A DNA stretch of 64,000 bases from Candidatus Omnitrophota bacterium (GTDB lineage: Bacteria > Omnitrophota > Gorgyraeia > 2-02-FULL-51-18), in NCBI GenBank assembly GCA_016197155.1, contig JACPWF010000025.1, positions 28,276 through 92,275 on the forward strand, written 5' to 3'. Position 1 is the first letter of the stretch. Each line of letters opens with the position of its first letter. The translations under genes were made by a program, and so were the position numbers. Of this stretch, positions 50,009-60,528 are shown piece after piece. Under the pieces are notes generated by a model. That model was not told the DNA's origin. It saw only the letters and a list, made by a program, of their open reading frames with translations, and searched no databases.

Positions 50009-50452
50009 TCAAATTTTCTTCACCAGGTTCGTGACACAGTCCCGAATCGTCGCGAGCGTGTTTTTGTAAAAATAGTCGGACATCCGGATCGGGTCCGGAA
50101 TGCCCTCTTTGCCCTCCGAGGAAAACTCCGTCAGGAGAAAAACTTTTTTTTCGGAATCCGGCGCGATCCGCAAGATCCAGTCCTTGTGCATTTTTTCCAT
50201 CACGAGGATCCTGTCAGCGGCCTTGATCCTCTCGGGCGTGAGCCGCCGCGTGCGGTGACCGGAGACGTCGACCCCTTCCTCTTTCATCGCGCGCACAGTC
50301 TCGTCGGTCGGCGGAAATCCGTCCACCGCGGCCACGCCCGCCGATCCGACCGCGAACTCCCCCGCCCGGCCTCCGGCGATTTTTTTAAACAAACCCTCCG
50401 CCATGACCGAGCGGCAGCTGTTGCCGGTGCAGACAAAGAGAATGTTTTGCAT
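50009..50452 (-). CDS. Low-molecular-weight protein tyrosine/arginine phosphatase
   Basis: FVCTGNSCRS P-loop and IPDP. Confidence 0.92.
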   Translation of the reverse strand: MQNILFVCTGNSCRSVMAEGLFKKIAGGRAGEFAVGSAGVAAVDGFPPTDETVRAMKEEGVDVSGHRTRRLTPERIKAADRILVMEKMHKDWILRIAPDSEKKVFLLTEFSSEGKEGIPDPIRMSDYFYKNTLATIRDCVTNLVKKI

Positions 50453-50465
50453 AAAGAATCAAAAA

Positions 50466-50585
50466 GGCTATCAGGATATCAGGAGATCAGGAGGTAGAAC
50501 ATCGGGAGACCAGGAGATCAGGAGTTTTCCTGATAACCTGATAGTCTGGTGTCCTGCCCCCTGATGGCCTGATAGCCTGATAGCC
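50466..50585. repeat. ATCAGG-based long inverted-repeat element, copy 2
   Basis: GGCTATCAGG...CCTGATAGCC ends with arms of about 58 bp; intergenic between purE and the phosphatase gene. Confidence 0.85.
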
Positions 50586-50598
50586 GCCTTAACAAGAT

Positions 50599-51084
50599 TC
50601 ACAAAACCACTCTCTTCTTCAATATTTTCTCTCGATTTTTTTCCCTATAATCTACCAGCGCCTTAGCAAGTTTGGTGTCTTGAAGAGCCAGCATGCGCGC
50701 TGCCAAAAAAGCGGCATTGCGAACCCCGCCGGATCCCACCGCAACGGTGGCCACTGGGGTGCCTGCGGGCATTTGCACCGTAGATAAAAGAGAATCCATT
50801 CCTTTAAAAGAAGGGCTTTCGATAGGAATTCCGATAACGGGCAGTTCTGTGTGCGCCGCCACAACACCGGCCAAATGCGCCGCGCCGCCCGCCGCGCAAA
50901 TAAAAACCCGTATCCCGTTTTTCTTCGCCGCTTCCACGTAGCTCACCGTCTCTTTGGGGGTGCGGTGAGCCGAAAGCACGCGAACCTCGTAGCCAAGACC
51001 CAATTCTCTCAAAACTTCTCCGCAAGGTTTAAGCTGTTCTGCGTCGGAGTCACTTCCCATCAAAATGGCAACTTGTGGCTTCAT
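50599..51084 (-). CDS. purE: N5-CAIR mutase
   Basis: [32 protein letters not shown]. Confidence 0.97.
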   Translation of the reverse strand: MKPQVAILMGSDSDAEQLKPCGEVLRELGLGYEVRVLSAHRTPKETVSYVEAAKKNGIRVFICAAGGAAHLAGVVAAHTELPVIGIPIESPSFKGMDSLLSTVQMPAGTPVATVAVGSGGVRNAAFLAARMLALQDTKLAKALVDYREKNREKILKKRVVL

Positions 51085-51097
51085 GATTTATCCTTTG

Positions 51098-52375
51098 TTA
51101 TTTCATCACCCTGACCGCTTTGTGTCCGATGTCTTTCCGGTAAACCATTTTATCAAAAAATATTTTATCCACCGCGGAATAAGTCTTGGACAGCGCCTCG
51201 AACATGCTGCGCGCGCAGGCGACGACGTTCAACACGCGCCCGCCAGCCGTCACGAGCCGGCCGCCTTCGATTTTTGTCCCCGCGTGAAAAATGTGGACGT
51301 CCGGATTTTCCTTCGCGGTGGAAATCCCCGCTATCTTTTTTCCCATTTCAACCGTCTCGGGATAGCCGTGCGAGGCGATGACCACGCACACGCAAGTTTC
51401 GTCCGCCCATTCCAGTTTGACGCGCGAAAGGTTCCCCTCCACCGTCGCCAGGATCACATCCAACAGATCGTTTTTCAGGCGCGGAAGAATGGCCTGCGCC
51501 TCGGGGTCGCCGAGACGGACGTTGAATTCAAGCACGCGAAATCCGTCGAGGGTCACCATGATACCGGCGTAGAGAAAACCTTTAAAGGGATGCCCTTCTT
51601 CCTTTAGTTGCCTGACAATCGGCATAAAAACTTTCTGAAGCAGTTCCTTTTCGAGCTCGTCGGTCACGACCGGCGCCGGCGAATAAGCGCCCATCCCGCC
51701 GGTGTTGGGCCCCGTGTCTCCCTCGTGAATGCGCTTGTGGTCCTGGCTCGACGCCAAAAGCCGCACCGCCTCGCCGTCGGTGACGGCGATCACCGAGGCC
51801 TCCTCGCCCTCGAGACATTCCTCGATCACGATTTTCTCGCCGGCCTTTCCGAAAACTTTTTTCACCATGTCGCGATGGATCGCCTCCATCGCCTTGGGTT
51901 TGGATTGGGCCACCGTGACGCCCTTGCCGCCGGCCAGGCCGTCGACCTTTACCACGATGGGCACGCCCTTTTTCGCGACGTAATCCATCGCCTTGTCCGC
52001 GGAATCAAATACCTCAAATTCGGCGGTCGGGATCGAGAGTTTTCGCATGATCTCTTTTGAAAAAACCTTGGATCCCTCGAGCTGGGCCGCGTATTTGGAG
52101 GGGCCGAAAATTTTAATTTTCTCTTTTTCAAAACGGTCGACGATGCCCTCGACAAGCGGCGCCTCGGGGCCGACCACGACGAGGTCAATCGCCTTTTTTT
52201 TGCAAAATTGAAGGAGCCGCTCCTGGTCTTTGGCGGCGATGTCCACACACTCGGCCACTTCGGCGATGCCTGCGTTTCCGGGGGCCGCGTAAAGTTTTGT
52301 CAATTTCGGCGAAAGCGAAAGCTTCCAGCACATCGCGTGTTCGCGGCCGCCGTTTCCAATTACCAATACTTTCAA
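51098..52375 (-). CDS. purD: Phosphoribosylamine--glycine ligase
   Basis: [39 protein letters not shown]. Confidence 0.97.
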   Translation of the reverse strand: MKVLVIGNGGREHAMCWKLSLSPKLTKLYAAPGNAGIAEVAECVDIAAKDQERLLQFCKKKAIDLVVVGPEAPLVEGIVDRFEKEKIKIFGPSKYAAQLEGSKVFSKEIMRKLSIPTAEFEVFDSADKAMDYVAKKGVPIVVKVDGLAGGKGVTVAQSKPKAMEAIHRDMVKKVFGKAGEKIVIEECLEGEEASVIAVTDGEAVRLLASSQDHKRIHEGDTGPNTGGMGAYSPAPVVTDELEKELLQKVFMPIVRQLKEEGHPFKGFLYAGIMVTLDGFRVLEFNVRLGDPEAQAILPRLKNDLLDVILATVEGNLSRVKLEWADETCVCVVIASHGYPETVEMGKKIAGISTAKENPDVHIFHAGTKIEGGRLVTAGGRVLNVVACARSMFEALSKTYSAVDKIFFDKMVYRKDIGHKAVRVMK

Positions 52376-52400
52376 TTTAATTCTCCTGTGCTACCACGTA

Positions 52401-53402
52401 CTACTGAATAACCACTCCTTCTTCCTTAACTACTTCCCCGATCACCCACGCGCGCTCTTTGAATTTTCCCAAACGCGAAATGACTTTGAGCGCGCGCTCC
52501 TTCGGCGTCACGAGGGCCATGCCGATGCCCATGTTGAACGTGCGGTACATCTCGGTGAGCGACGCCCTCCCCGCCTCGCCGATCCACCGGAAAACCCGCG
52601 GCACCGGCCAACTGCCCGTGTGAATGCGGGCGCCACAGCCCTTGGGCAGGACGCGCGGGATGTTGTCAAAAAATCCGCCGCCGGTGATGTGCGCCATCGA
52701 AAAAACGGGTTCTTTTTGAATCAGGGAAAGGATGGGCTTCACGTAAATTTTTGTGGGTTTTAAAATTTCATCCGCGTGCGAACGGATGAATGCGCTTTTC
52801 AATACTTTTCTCACGAATGAAAAACCGTTCGAATGGATCCCGCTCGAAGCGATCCCGATGATCGCGTGCCCCGCGCGCGCGTTTTTCCCGTCAATGATTT
52901 TTTCCCGGTCCACCACGCCCACGCAAAATCCCGCCAGGTCAAAATCCCCCCTCGCGTAAAGCCCGGGCATCTCGGCCGTCTCGCCGCCGATCAAAGCGCA
53001 ACCGGCCTCCTTACAGCCCCTGGCCACGCCGCTCAGGATCGCGCGCATCATCCCGGGGCTCAGCTTTCCCACCGCGAAATAATCCAGAAAAAAAAGAGGC
53101 TCCGCGCCCAAAGTCAAAATGTCGTTCACGTTCATCGCCACGAGGTCCACGCCGAGCCCCTCGTAACGGCCGGTCTTTTTTCCCAAAACCAGTTTTGTCC
53201 CGACGCCGTCGGTGGAACTGACAAGGATGGGCTCTTTGTATTTTTTGTCCGGCAGGCGGCACAGCGCCCCGAAGCCGCCGATCCCGGCCAGGACCTCCGG
53301 GCGGGCCGTCGCGCGCGCGTAGGGCTTGATGGTCTCAATGAAAGCGTTGGCCCTATCAATATCGACGCCGGATTTTTTATAGGTGAAACTTTTTGTCCTC
53401 AC
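52401..53402 (-). CDS. purM: AIR synthetase
   Basis: YKKSGVDID, TDGVGTK, GGETAEMPG, HITGGG, TFNMGIG. Confidence 0.97.
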   Translation of the reverse strand: MRTKSFTYKKSGVDIDRANAFIETIKPYARATARPEVLAGIGGFGALCRLPDKKYKEPILVSSTDGVGTKLVLGKKTGRYEGLGVDLVAMNVNDILTLGAEPLFFLDYFAVGKLSPGMMRAILSGVARGCKEAGCALIGGETAEMPGLYARGDFDLAGFCVGVVDREKIIDGKNARAGHAIIGIASSGIHSNGFSFVRKVLKSAFIRSHADEILKPTKIYVKPILSLIQKEPVFSMAHITGGGFFDNIPRVLPKGCGARIHTGSWPVPRVFRWIGEAGRASLTEMYRTFNMGIGMALVTPKERALKVISRLGKFKERAWVIGEVVKEEGVVIQ

Positions 53403-54799
53403 TGGCCTTTTTCCGTGTGAAACTTGTCGATGCCGTCGAAACGGACCGGATAATCCCCGCTCCAACAGGCCGTGCAGTAGCTTTCTTTCGGGTATTTCAC
53501 GCACGAGAGCATCCCCTCGAGCGAGAGGTAGCCCACCGAATCGCAGTCGAAATATTTCCGGATCTCGTCGGGCGAATACTTGTTCGCGATGAGCTCTTCC
53601 CGCGTCGGAAAATCAATGCCGTACGCGCAGGGGTACTTGTGCGGCGGACAGCTGATCCGGAGATGCACCTCTTTGGCGCCCGCCTGCCGCAGGCTCTTCA
53701 CGCGCACCTTGGAGGTCGTGCCGCGCACGATCGAATCGTCGACGATCACGACGCGCTTGCCGCTCAAGACCTCGCGGACAAAATTGAATTTGAGCCGCAC
53801 CTTAAAATCGCGCATGCCCTGGCTCGGCTGAATGAACGTCCGGCCGACGTAGTGATTGCGGATGATGCCGGCCTCGAGAGGGATCCCGGACTCCTGGGAA
53901 AATCCGAGCGCGGCCGAATTGCCCGAATCCGGCACGGGGATCACGATGTCCGCCTCGACCGGTTTTTCCTTGGCGAGCTGTCTGCCGAAACGTTCGCGCA
54001 CCAGGTGGACCGACTCCCCGAAAATTTTCGAATCGGGCCTCGCGAAATAAACATGCTCAAAGACGCAGTGCGCGTGGCGCGTGCCGGGATCGACGGGAAG
54101 TTTCTGCGACTTCACCCCTTTTTCGGAAATGAATAAAACCTCGCCCGGCTCGATCTCGCGGACGGCCTGGGCGTCCATGATGTCAAAGGCGCAGGTCTCC
54201 GACGAAACCACGTGCGCGTTTCCGATCTTCCCGAGCCACAAAGGCCGAAACCCCTGCGGGTCGCGCGCCGCGACGAGATACTGGTGCGTCAAAAACACGA
54301 GCGAATAGGCGCCCTTCACGCGCGCGAGCGCCTCGACCACGCCCTCTTCGACATTGCGGAGCGAGGGCTTGGCCATTAAATGGATAATGATTTCACTGTC
54401 CGTGGTGGTTTGAAAGATGGAGCCGTAGGCCTCCAGTTCCGAGCGCAGGATGTCGGCGTTGACGATATTTCCGTTGTGGCCGATCGCGATCTCGCCGCGC
54501 GAATAATCGACCAAAATCGGCTGGGCATTTTTCAAAAGGCTTGAGCCGGTCGTCGAATAACGCACGTGCCCGATCGCGCGATCGCCGGTAAGATTAGCCA
54601 GATCCGCGTCCTGAAAAATCTCCTGCACGTGGCCCATGCCTTTGTGGACGCGCATCTTTTTGCCGTCGGAGGTGACGATGCCGGCCGATTCCTCGCCGCG
54701 ATGCTGGAGCGCGTAAAGCCCGAGGTACGTCAGGTACGCCGATTCTTTATGGCCGTAGATCCCGAAAACGCCGCATTTATCCTTCAACTCATGAGGCAT
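53399..54799 (-). CDS. purF: Amidophosphoribosyltransferase
   Basis: Propeptide then CGVFG, QHRGEES, GHVRYST, VDDSIVRGTT. Confidence 0.97.
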   Translation of the reverse strand: MPHELKDKCGVFGIYGHKESAYLTYLGLYALQHRGEESAGIVTSDGKKMRVHKGMGHVQEIFQDADLANLTGDRAIGHVRYSTTGSSLLKNAQPILVDYSRGEIAIGHNGNIVNADILRSELEAYGSIFQTTTDSEIIIHLMAKPSLRNVEEGVVEALARVKGAYSLVFLTHQYLVAARDPQGFRPLWLGKIGNAHVVSSETCAFDIMDAQAVREIEPGEVLFISEKGVKSQKLPVDPGTRHAHCVFEHVYFARPDSKIFGESVHLVRERFGRQLAKEKPVEADIVIPVPDSGNSAALGFSQESGIPLEAGIIRNHYVGRTFIQPSQGMRDFKVRLKFNFVREVLSGKRVVIVDDSIVRGTTSKVRVKSLRQAGAKEVHLRISCPPHKYPCAYGIDFPTREELIANKYSPDEIRKYFDCDSVGYLSLEGMLSCVKYPKESYCTACWSGDYPVRFDGIDKFHTEKGQ

Positions 54800-54835
54800 A
54801 AATTCCTTTTTGAATTCAACCTGCCTCCCCATTTT

Positions 54836-54881
54836 CCTCCCCTTACCAAGGGGAGGTGGTCGCCAAAGGCGACCGGAGGGG
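54836..54881. repeat. REP-like double hairpin of the same family as 22219-22265
   Basis: CCTCCCCTT-ACC-AAGGGGAGG plus GGTCGCC-AAA-GGCGACC-GGAGGGG; its reverse complement aligns to 22219-22265. Confidence 0.7.
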
Positions 54882-55124
54882 TCAATTATTTTTTAATTTT
54901 TCAATCCAATGACTCACGTGCCTGGCCATCCCCTCGCGGCCGACGGGTTCCTTTAAAATGACGTCTAATTTTTTCTCCCACACGGACAATTCTTCCGCCA
55001 GATCCGGCACGGGCGCCAATTTCCGCGCCGCCTTCACCGCCGCTTCGATTTTCCCGCGCTCCGCCGAACCCCTGACCAGGTCCGCGATCGCCTCCAAAGC
55101 CCGAATGGTTTTTTCGTCAGCCAC
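54882..55124 (-). CDS. Small hypothetical protein in the pur operon
   Basis: 80-aa ORF overlapping the purL stop, with a GGAGG RBS. Confidence 0.6.
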   Translation of the reverse strand: MADEKTIRALEAIADLVRGSAERGKIEAAVKAARKLAPVPDLAEELSVWEKKLDVILKEPVGREGMARHVSHWIEKLKNN

Positions 55125-57396
55125 GCATCCTCCTTCCGATGGCGTTCCGCCAGGTGTGGGACAACACCCTGACCGGTATCGGGGTCAGACCCCTGTGGAT
55201 AACTTGGATTGCCAAATCCTCTCCCCCCGTCTTCCCGATCACTTCATACGGAGTGGCGGATGATTGTATCACCTCTTCGGCCTTTTTTAAATTTTTAGGG
55301 CTCACGGAGATCACGACGCGCGATTGGGATTCGCCGAATAAAAGGGCCTCGGTCGACACATCCGTAGGGGCGACGCGACGCCCGCCTGCCGGACGGGCAG
55401 GCGTCGCCCCTACATTAATGGCCGCCCCCATTTCGTAACCTTTGTTTGAAATACAGGATTCCGCCAGCGCCACGGCGAGCCCCCCCTCCGCGCAGTCGTG
55501 CGCGGAGGCCAATAAATTTTCTTTCGCCAGACGGATCATGAGATCATTCAGCGCCTTCGCCTCTTTCAAATCCAGCCGCGGGCAAACGCCCGCCTTCACT
55601 CCAAAAATCGTTTTTAAAAATTCCGAGCCGCCGAGTTCCTCGCGCGTTTGGCCCAGCAAAATCACGACGTCCCCTTCATTTTTGAAATGCGACGTCACGG
55701 GCTCGCGGCCCTCGATGAGCCCCACCATCCCGATTGTCGGCGTGGGATCGATCGCCCCTTTGGGATTTTGATTGTACAAAGAAACGTTTCCGCCCGAGAC
55801 GGGCGTCTCAAAGGCCAGGCAGGCGTCCCGAATCCCCTCGATGCATTTTTTCAGGGTCCAGAAAATCTCGGGATTCATCGGATTCCCGAAATTGAGGCAA
55901 TTGGTAATGGAGAGCGGCACAGCCCCCGCGCACGCGACGTTCCGCGCGGCCTCGGCCACCGCGATCTTGGCGCCTTCATAGGGATCCAGATAACAATACG
56001 TCGAGTTGCCGTCCGTCGAAATCGCAATCGACTTATTCGTGCCTTTGATGCGAATGACGGACGCGTCCGATCCGGGCAGGACCACGGTGTTCGTGCGCAC
56101 CATGTGATCGTACTGCCCGTAGACCCATTCTTTCGAGGCGATCGACGGCGCGTCCAACAGTTTCAACAACACCGCGTTCAAATCGCCGGCGCTCCCGAGA
56201 GATTTGGGATCAAAATTTCCCGCGCTTTTCAAATACGCGGGTTCTTTTTCCTCCCGAATGTAAACCGGCGCGTCGTCGGCGAGTTTTTTGGCGGGGATTT
56301 CGGAAACCGTGACCCCGTTTTCTTTCACGCGCATGAGGCCGTCATCCGTCACAAGGCCGATGGCTTCGGCGTGCAGGTCCCATTTCTCAAAAATCCGTTT
56401 TGCCTCGGCCTCGCGGCCTTTTTTCAAAATGACGAGCATCCGCTCCTGCGATTCGGAGAGCATGATTTCGTAGGGAACCATCCCCGTCTCGCGCTGGGGG
56501 ACCTTCGCGACGTCAATCTCGACCCCTGTATTTCCGCGCGAGGCGGTTTCACAGGTGGAACACGTGAGCCCCGCCGCCCCCATGTCCTGGATCCCGACCA
56601 CACAGCCGGATTTCAAAAGTTCCAAAACCGCTTCGAGCAAAAGTTTTTCAAGGAACGGGTCCCCCACCTGAACGGCGGGCCTGTCTTTTTCGGAGGCTTC
56701 GCTCAAATCTTTTGAGGCAAAGGCCGCGCCGCCCATCCCGTCGCGGCCGGTCGCCGCGCCCAGATAAAAAACGGGATTGCCCGTTCCCTCGGCCTTGGCC
56801 TTCACAATTTCTTCACGGCGCGCCAGTCCCAAAGCAAACGCGTTCACGAGAGGATTGCCCTCATAAGATTCATCAAAATAAATTTCGCCGCCGATCGTCG
56901 GCACGCCGATGCAATTTCCGTAGTGCGAGATGCCGGCCACGACCCCGGACAAAAGACGTTTCGTGTTTCCATTGTCATCCAATTTCCCGAACCTGAGCGA
57001 ATTCATCGACGCGATCGGCCGCGCGCCCATCGTGAAAATGTCTCGCAGGATCCCGCCGACGCCGGTGGCCGCGCCCTGAAAGGGCTCGATCGCCGAGGGG
57101 TGATTGTGGGACTCCATTTTAAAAACAACGACGAGCCCGTCGCCGATGTCGACGACCCCCGCGTTTTCCTCGCCGGCTTTCACGAGCATGCGCGGGCCGT
57201 CCTTCGGCAAAAGTTTCAAAACATTTTTGGAATTTTTGTAGGAGCAGTGCTCGCTCCACATGACGCTGAAAATTCCCAGCTCCGTGAGGTTCGGCTCGCG
57301 GCCGAGGATTTTTTTAATGGAGCCGTATTCGGCCGGCGTGATGCCGTGTTTTTGGATAATTTCCGGCGTTAATTTAATTTCTTCCGCTGTTTTCAT
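55117..57396 (-). CDS. purL: FGAM synthase subunit PurL (contains in-frame palindromic inserts)
   Basis: [39 protein letters not shown]. Confidence 0.97.
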   Translation of the reverse strand: MKTAEEIKLTPEIIQKHGITPAEYGSIKKILGREPNLTELGIFSVMWSEHCSYKNSKNVLKLLPKDGPRMLVKAGEENAGVVDIGDGLVVVFKMESHNHPSAIEPFQGAATGVGGILRDIFTMGARPIASMNSLRFGKLDDNGNTKRLLSGVVAGISHYGNCIGVPTIGGEIYFDESYEGNPLVNAFALGLARREEIVKAKAEGTGNPVFYLGAATGRDGMGGAAFASKDLSEASEKDRPAVQVGDPFLEKLLLEAVLELLKSGCVVGIQDMGAAGLTCSTCETASRGNTGVEIDVAKVPQRETGMVPYEIMLSESQERMLVILKKGREAEAKRIFEKWDLHAEAIGLVTDDGLMRVKENGVTVSEIPAKKLADDAPVYIREEKEPAYLKSAGNFDPKSLGSAGDLNAVLLKLLDAPSIASKEWVYGQYDHMVRTNTVVLPGSDASVIRIKGTNKSIAISTDGNSTYCYLDPYEGAKIAVAEAARNVACAGAVPLSITNCLNFGNPMNPEIFWTLKKCIEGIRDACLAFETPVSGGNVSLYNQNPKGAIDPTPTIGMVGLIEGREPVTSHFKNEGDVVILLGQTREELGGSEFLKTIFGVKAGVCPRLDLKEAKALNDLMIRLAKENLLASAHDCAEGGLAVALAESCISNKGYEMGAAINVGATPARPAGGRRVAPTDVSTEALLFGESQSRVVISVSPKNLKKAEEVIQSSATPYEVIGKTGGEDLAIQVIHRGLTPIPVRVLSHTWRNAIGRRMRG
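55364..55413. repeat. GTAG-type REP with a nested 21-bp palindrome, inside purL
   Basis: GTAGGGGCGACGCGACG[CCCGCCTGCCGGACGGGCAGG]CGTCGCCCCTAC. Confidence 0.85.
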
Positions 57397-57422
57397 TTTT
57401 TCTTCTTTTCCCTAACTTCTAA

Positions 57423-58079
57423 CTACTGACTTACAATCGACTCAAATATTTTCCGCCCGTCGACGGAGCCCAATTCCCGCTCCGAAGCCCGCTCCGGATG
57501 CGGCATGAGCCCAAAGACGTTCCGCTTTTTATTGCAGATGCCCGCGATGTCTTCGACCGAACCGTTGGGATTGTCCGCGTAGCGCAAAAGGATCTGGTCG
57601 TTTTTTTTCAAATCCGCGAGCGCCTCGTCGTCGGCGAAATAATTTCCCTCCCCGTGCGCGACGGGCAGGCGGAGCCTCTGGCCTTTTTTGGTTTTCTTCG
57701 TGAATGCGGAATCGGCGCTTTCGACGCGGAGCTCGACAAACTTACAGACAAATTTTAAAGAGGCGTTTCGGAGCATGGCGCCCGGCAGAAGACCCGATTC
57801 GAGAAGGATCTGAAAACCGTTGCAGATGCCGATCACGAGCTTCCCGCGCTCGGCGTGTTTTTGCACGGCCTCCATCACCGGCGAGAAACGCGCGATGGCC
57901 CCGGTGCGCAGGTAATCGCCGTAGCTGAAACCGCCCGGAAGCACGACGCAGTCGTAGCGCGAGAGGTCGCGGTCCTTGTGCCAGACAAAATCCGCCTCCT
58001 GGCCCATCACGTTTTTTAAAACGTGACGGCAGTCCTCGTCACAATTCGAACCGGGGAAAACCACGACACCAAATTTCAC
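57423..58079 (-). CDS. purQ: FGAM synthase subunit PurQ
   Basis: [33 protein letters not shown]. Confidence 0.97.
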   Translation of the reverse strand: MKFGVVVFPGSNCDEDCRHVLKNVMGQEADFVWHKDRDLSRYDCVVLPGGFSYGDYLRTGAIARFSPVMEAVQKHAERGKLVIGICNGFQILLESGLLPGAMLRNASLKFVCKFVELRVESADSAFTKKTKKGQRLRLPVAHGEGNYFADDEALADLKKNDQILLRYADNPNGSVEDIAGICNKKRNVFGLMPHPERASERELGSVDGRKIFESIVSQ

Positions 58080-58097
58080 AGAAAACCTCGTGTGAGA

Positions 58098-58194
58098 GCG
58101 GGTATCAGGATACCCGTTGATCAGGAAGCAGGACATCAGGAAACCAGGAAATCAGGATTTTTTTGACCTGATAACCTGATCCCCCGATACCCGC
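58098..58194. repeat. ATCAGG-based long inverted-repeat element, copy 3 (shortened right arm)
   Basis: GCGGGTATCAGG...GATACCCGC; left arm aligns with copies 1 and 2. Confidence 0.8.
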
Positions 58195-58201
58195 CTTCTC
58201 A

Positions 58202-58444
58202 CTAATTTTGTATTTCCCACCGATATTCCTCAATCACGGTATTCGCCAACAATTTTTCACACATCGCTTTGATATTTTTCTCAGTCCCCGCCCTGTCCGC
58301 GCCGTTCATTTCCAGTTCAATGTATTTGCCCATCCGCACGTCCCTGACGCCGCCAAAACCCATCGACGAGAGCGCCTGCCCCACGGCCTTGCCCTGCGGG
58401 TCGAGCACGGATTTTTTGAGCGTGACGTAAATTTTGGCTTTCAT
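58202..58444 (-). CDS. purS: FGAM synthase subunit PurS
   Basis: VLDPQG, VRMGK, LLANTVIE. Confidence 0.96.
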   Translation of the reverse strand: MKAKIYVTLKKSVLDPQGKAVGQALSSMGFGGVRDVRMGKYIELEMNGADRAGTEKNIKAMCEKLLANTVIEEYRWEIQN

Positions 58445-59739
58445 TATTTCAGAACCCGCTTAAAAATCGTCCCCACGTGTTTCAGGTAATCGTCCAGTTT
58501 GAAAATCCCCTCAATCTCTTTCCGCGAAAGCCGCGAGGTCACGGCCGTCTCCCGCAAAAGAAGGTCCTTGAGAAGAAGCCGTTTGTCCCGCCACACCTTC
58601 ATCGCGTTTTTTTGGACAATTTTGTAGGCCGCTTCCCGCGAAAGTCCTTTGTCAATGAGCGCGAGTAAAACTCTCTGCGAAAAAATGAGCCCGCGCGTGC
58701 GCGCGATATTTTCCATCATGTTCTCGGGGTAAACGGCAAGTCCTTTCAGGATCGCGGTCATTTCCGACAACATGAAATCGGCGAGGGTGAATGAATCCGG
58801 CAAAATCACGCGCTCGACGGACGAATGCGTGATGTCCCGCTCATGCCAGAGCGCGATGTTTTCGAGCGCCGCGACGGCGTTTCCCCGGAGGACGCGCGCC
58901 AGGCCCGCGACGCGCTCGGCGTTCACGGGATTTCTTTTGTGGGGCATGGCGCTTGAGCCGGTCTGCCCCTCGGAAAAAGGTTCCTCGAGCTCGAGCGTCT
59001 CGGTTTTCTGGAGATGCCGGATCTCGGTGGCGAGTTTCTCGAGCGACCCGCCGAGGATCGCCAGCACCGCGACGACCTGCGCGTGGCGGTCGCGCTGGAG
59101 GATCTGCGTCGAAACGGGCGCCGCCTTGAGATTCAAAATCCGCATCGAGCGCCCTTCCACGCGCGGATCGATATTCGCGTAAGTGCCGACCGCGCCCGAC
59201 AGCTTCCCGACGGAAATCGCCTCCCGCGCGCGCTCGAGCCGCGCGAGATTCCGTTTAAATTCTTCGTAAAAAAGGAGAAATTTGAGGCCCAGCGTCGTGG
59301 GCTCCGCGTGCACGCCGTGCGTTCTACCCATCATCGGGGTGTTTTGGTGGCGAAGCGCCTGGGTTTTTAAAAGGGAAACCAGACCGGCCGTTTTGCCGCG
59401 CAAAAGGTCGATGGCCCGGCGGATCTGGAGGGAAAGGGCCGTGTCGAGGACGTCGCTTGAGGTGAGGCCTTTGTGAATGAAACGCGCCTCGGGCCCGACG
59501 GATTTTCCGACGCTCTTCAAAAACGCGGTGACGTCGTGTTTTGTAACCTTCTCAAATTGATTAACTTCGGATAATTTAAAACGGGCTTTCTTTTGGATCT
59601 TCCGGGCGGCGGCCTTCGGGATGAGGTGAAGCTCCGCCATCGCGAGGCAGGCGGCAATCTCCACATCGAGCATGGTTTGGAACCGGCTTTCCTCGGTCCA
59701 AATCTGTCCCATTTCGGGCAGGGTGTAGCGGCTAATCAA
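58444..59739 (-). CDS. purB: Adenylosuccinate lyase
   Basis: GLTSSDVLDT, GRTHGVHAEP, GSSAMPHKRNP. Confidence 0.97.
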   Translation of the reverse strand: MISRYTLPEMGQIWTEESRFQTMLDVEIAACLAMAELHLIPKAAARKIQKKARFKLSEVNQFEKVTKHDVTAFLKSVGKSVGPEARFIHKGLTSSDVLDTALSLQIRRAIDLLRGKTAGLVSLLKTQALRHQNTPMMGRTHGVHAEPTTLGLKFLLFYEEFKRNLARLERAREAISVGKLSGAVGTYANIDPRVEGRSMRILNLKAAPVSTQILQRDRHAQVVAVLAILGGSLEKLATEIRHLQKTETLELEEPFSEGQTGSSAMPHKRNPVNAERVAGLARVLRGNAVAALENIALWHERDITHSSVERVILPDSFTLADFMLSEMTAILKGLAVYPENMMENIARTRGLIFSQRVLLALIDKGLSREAAYKIVQKNAMKVWRDKRLLLKDLLLRETAVTSRLSRKEIEGIFKLDDYLKHVGTIFKRVLK

Positions 59740-59822
59740 CGGCGGCTCCCTTGAAAGGAAAGGATATTATAACAGAATAGATCTAGGGGCGCAATGGACC
59801 AGCGCCCACAAGGGGTGGGGTT

Positions 59823-60206
59823 TTAGGGTTTCCCTTTGATGGGAAAATACCGTACACCCGGCAGGTTTTTAAAATCTTCGTCGCTGGTCACCAACGTCGC
59901 GCCATATTCACAGGCGGTTGCATAAATAATGGAATCTGCCATGGCCAACCGGTGTTTTAAAGAAATATCAGCGGCCCTGTAAGCAATCGTATCGGTAAGA
60001 AGCGCCAATTGCGTTCTCTGAATCTCGCCGGTCGCCAGAAGAGCCATTTCCTCCCCCGCTTCTTTTTTTAATTTTTTATACACTTCGTAAAGAACGATGG
60101 TTGGGGTCAAAAGCTCATCCATTTTATGAAAATAACCGGCGTAGCTTTTGGCTAAATTTCCATTCAGAAAATATTCCAGCCATCCCGAAGAGTCAATCAT
60201 CATCAT
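59823..60206 (-). CDS. vapC: PIN-domain toxin (VapC)
   Basis: IDSSGWLEY, LYEVYK, MADSIIYATA, TSDEDF. Confidence 0.9.
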   Translation of the reverse strand: MMMIDSSGWLEYFLNGNLAKSYAGYFHKMDELLTPTIVLYEVYKKLKKEAGEEMALLATGEIQRTQLALLTDTIAYRAADISLKHRLAMADSIIYATACEYGATLVTSDEDFKNLPGVRYFPIKGKP

Positions 60207-60418
60207 AAAATTCTATCTTTCTTCTCGCGCAAATCATGCAAAGACATGGGTTTTTTTATAAACCCGCGCATTTCACTCATGGGTTTGACGGGAATAAGAC
60301 GCATGACGCCGTCTTTTACGATACACACCATTCTCTGACCTGCCTTGATATGAAGGTCTGTTCGAATGGCTTTAGGGATCACCACTTGATACTTGGTCGA
60401 AACCAATACCTCTGACAT
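60203..60418 (-). CDS. AbrB/MazE-type antitoxin
   Basis: VSTKYQVVIPKAIR..L.IKAGQ; overlaps the toxin start; GGAGG RBS. Confidence 0.88.
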   Translation of the reverse strand: MSEVLVSTKYQVVIPKAIRTDLHIKAGQRMVCIVKDGVMRLIPVKPMSEMRGFIKKPMSLHDLREKKDRIL

Positions 60419-60458
60419 GATCGCTCCTCCGTTTTACGTTTTACTCATCGATAGTGAA

Positions 60459-60487
60459 ATTGTACACCACATCACAAAAAGTGTCAA
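60459..60487 (-). promoter_or_regulatory. Sigma70 promoter of the TA operon
   Basis: TTGACA-17-TACAAT. Confidence 0.7.
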
Positions 60488-60528
60488 TACGAAAGCGGGT
60501 GCGGGTAGGTTTGCTGATCCTTCGCCGG

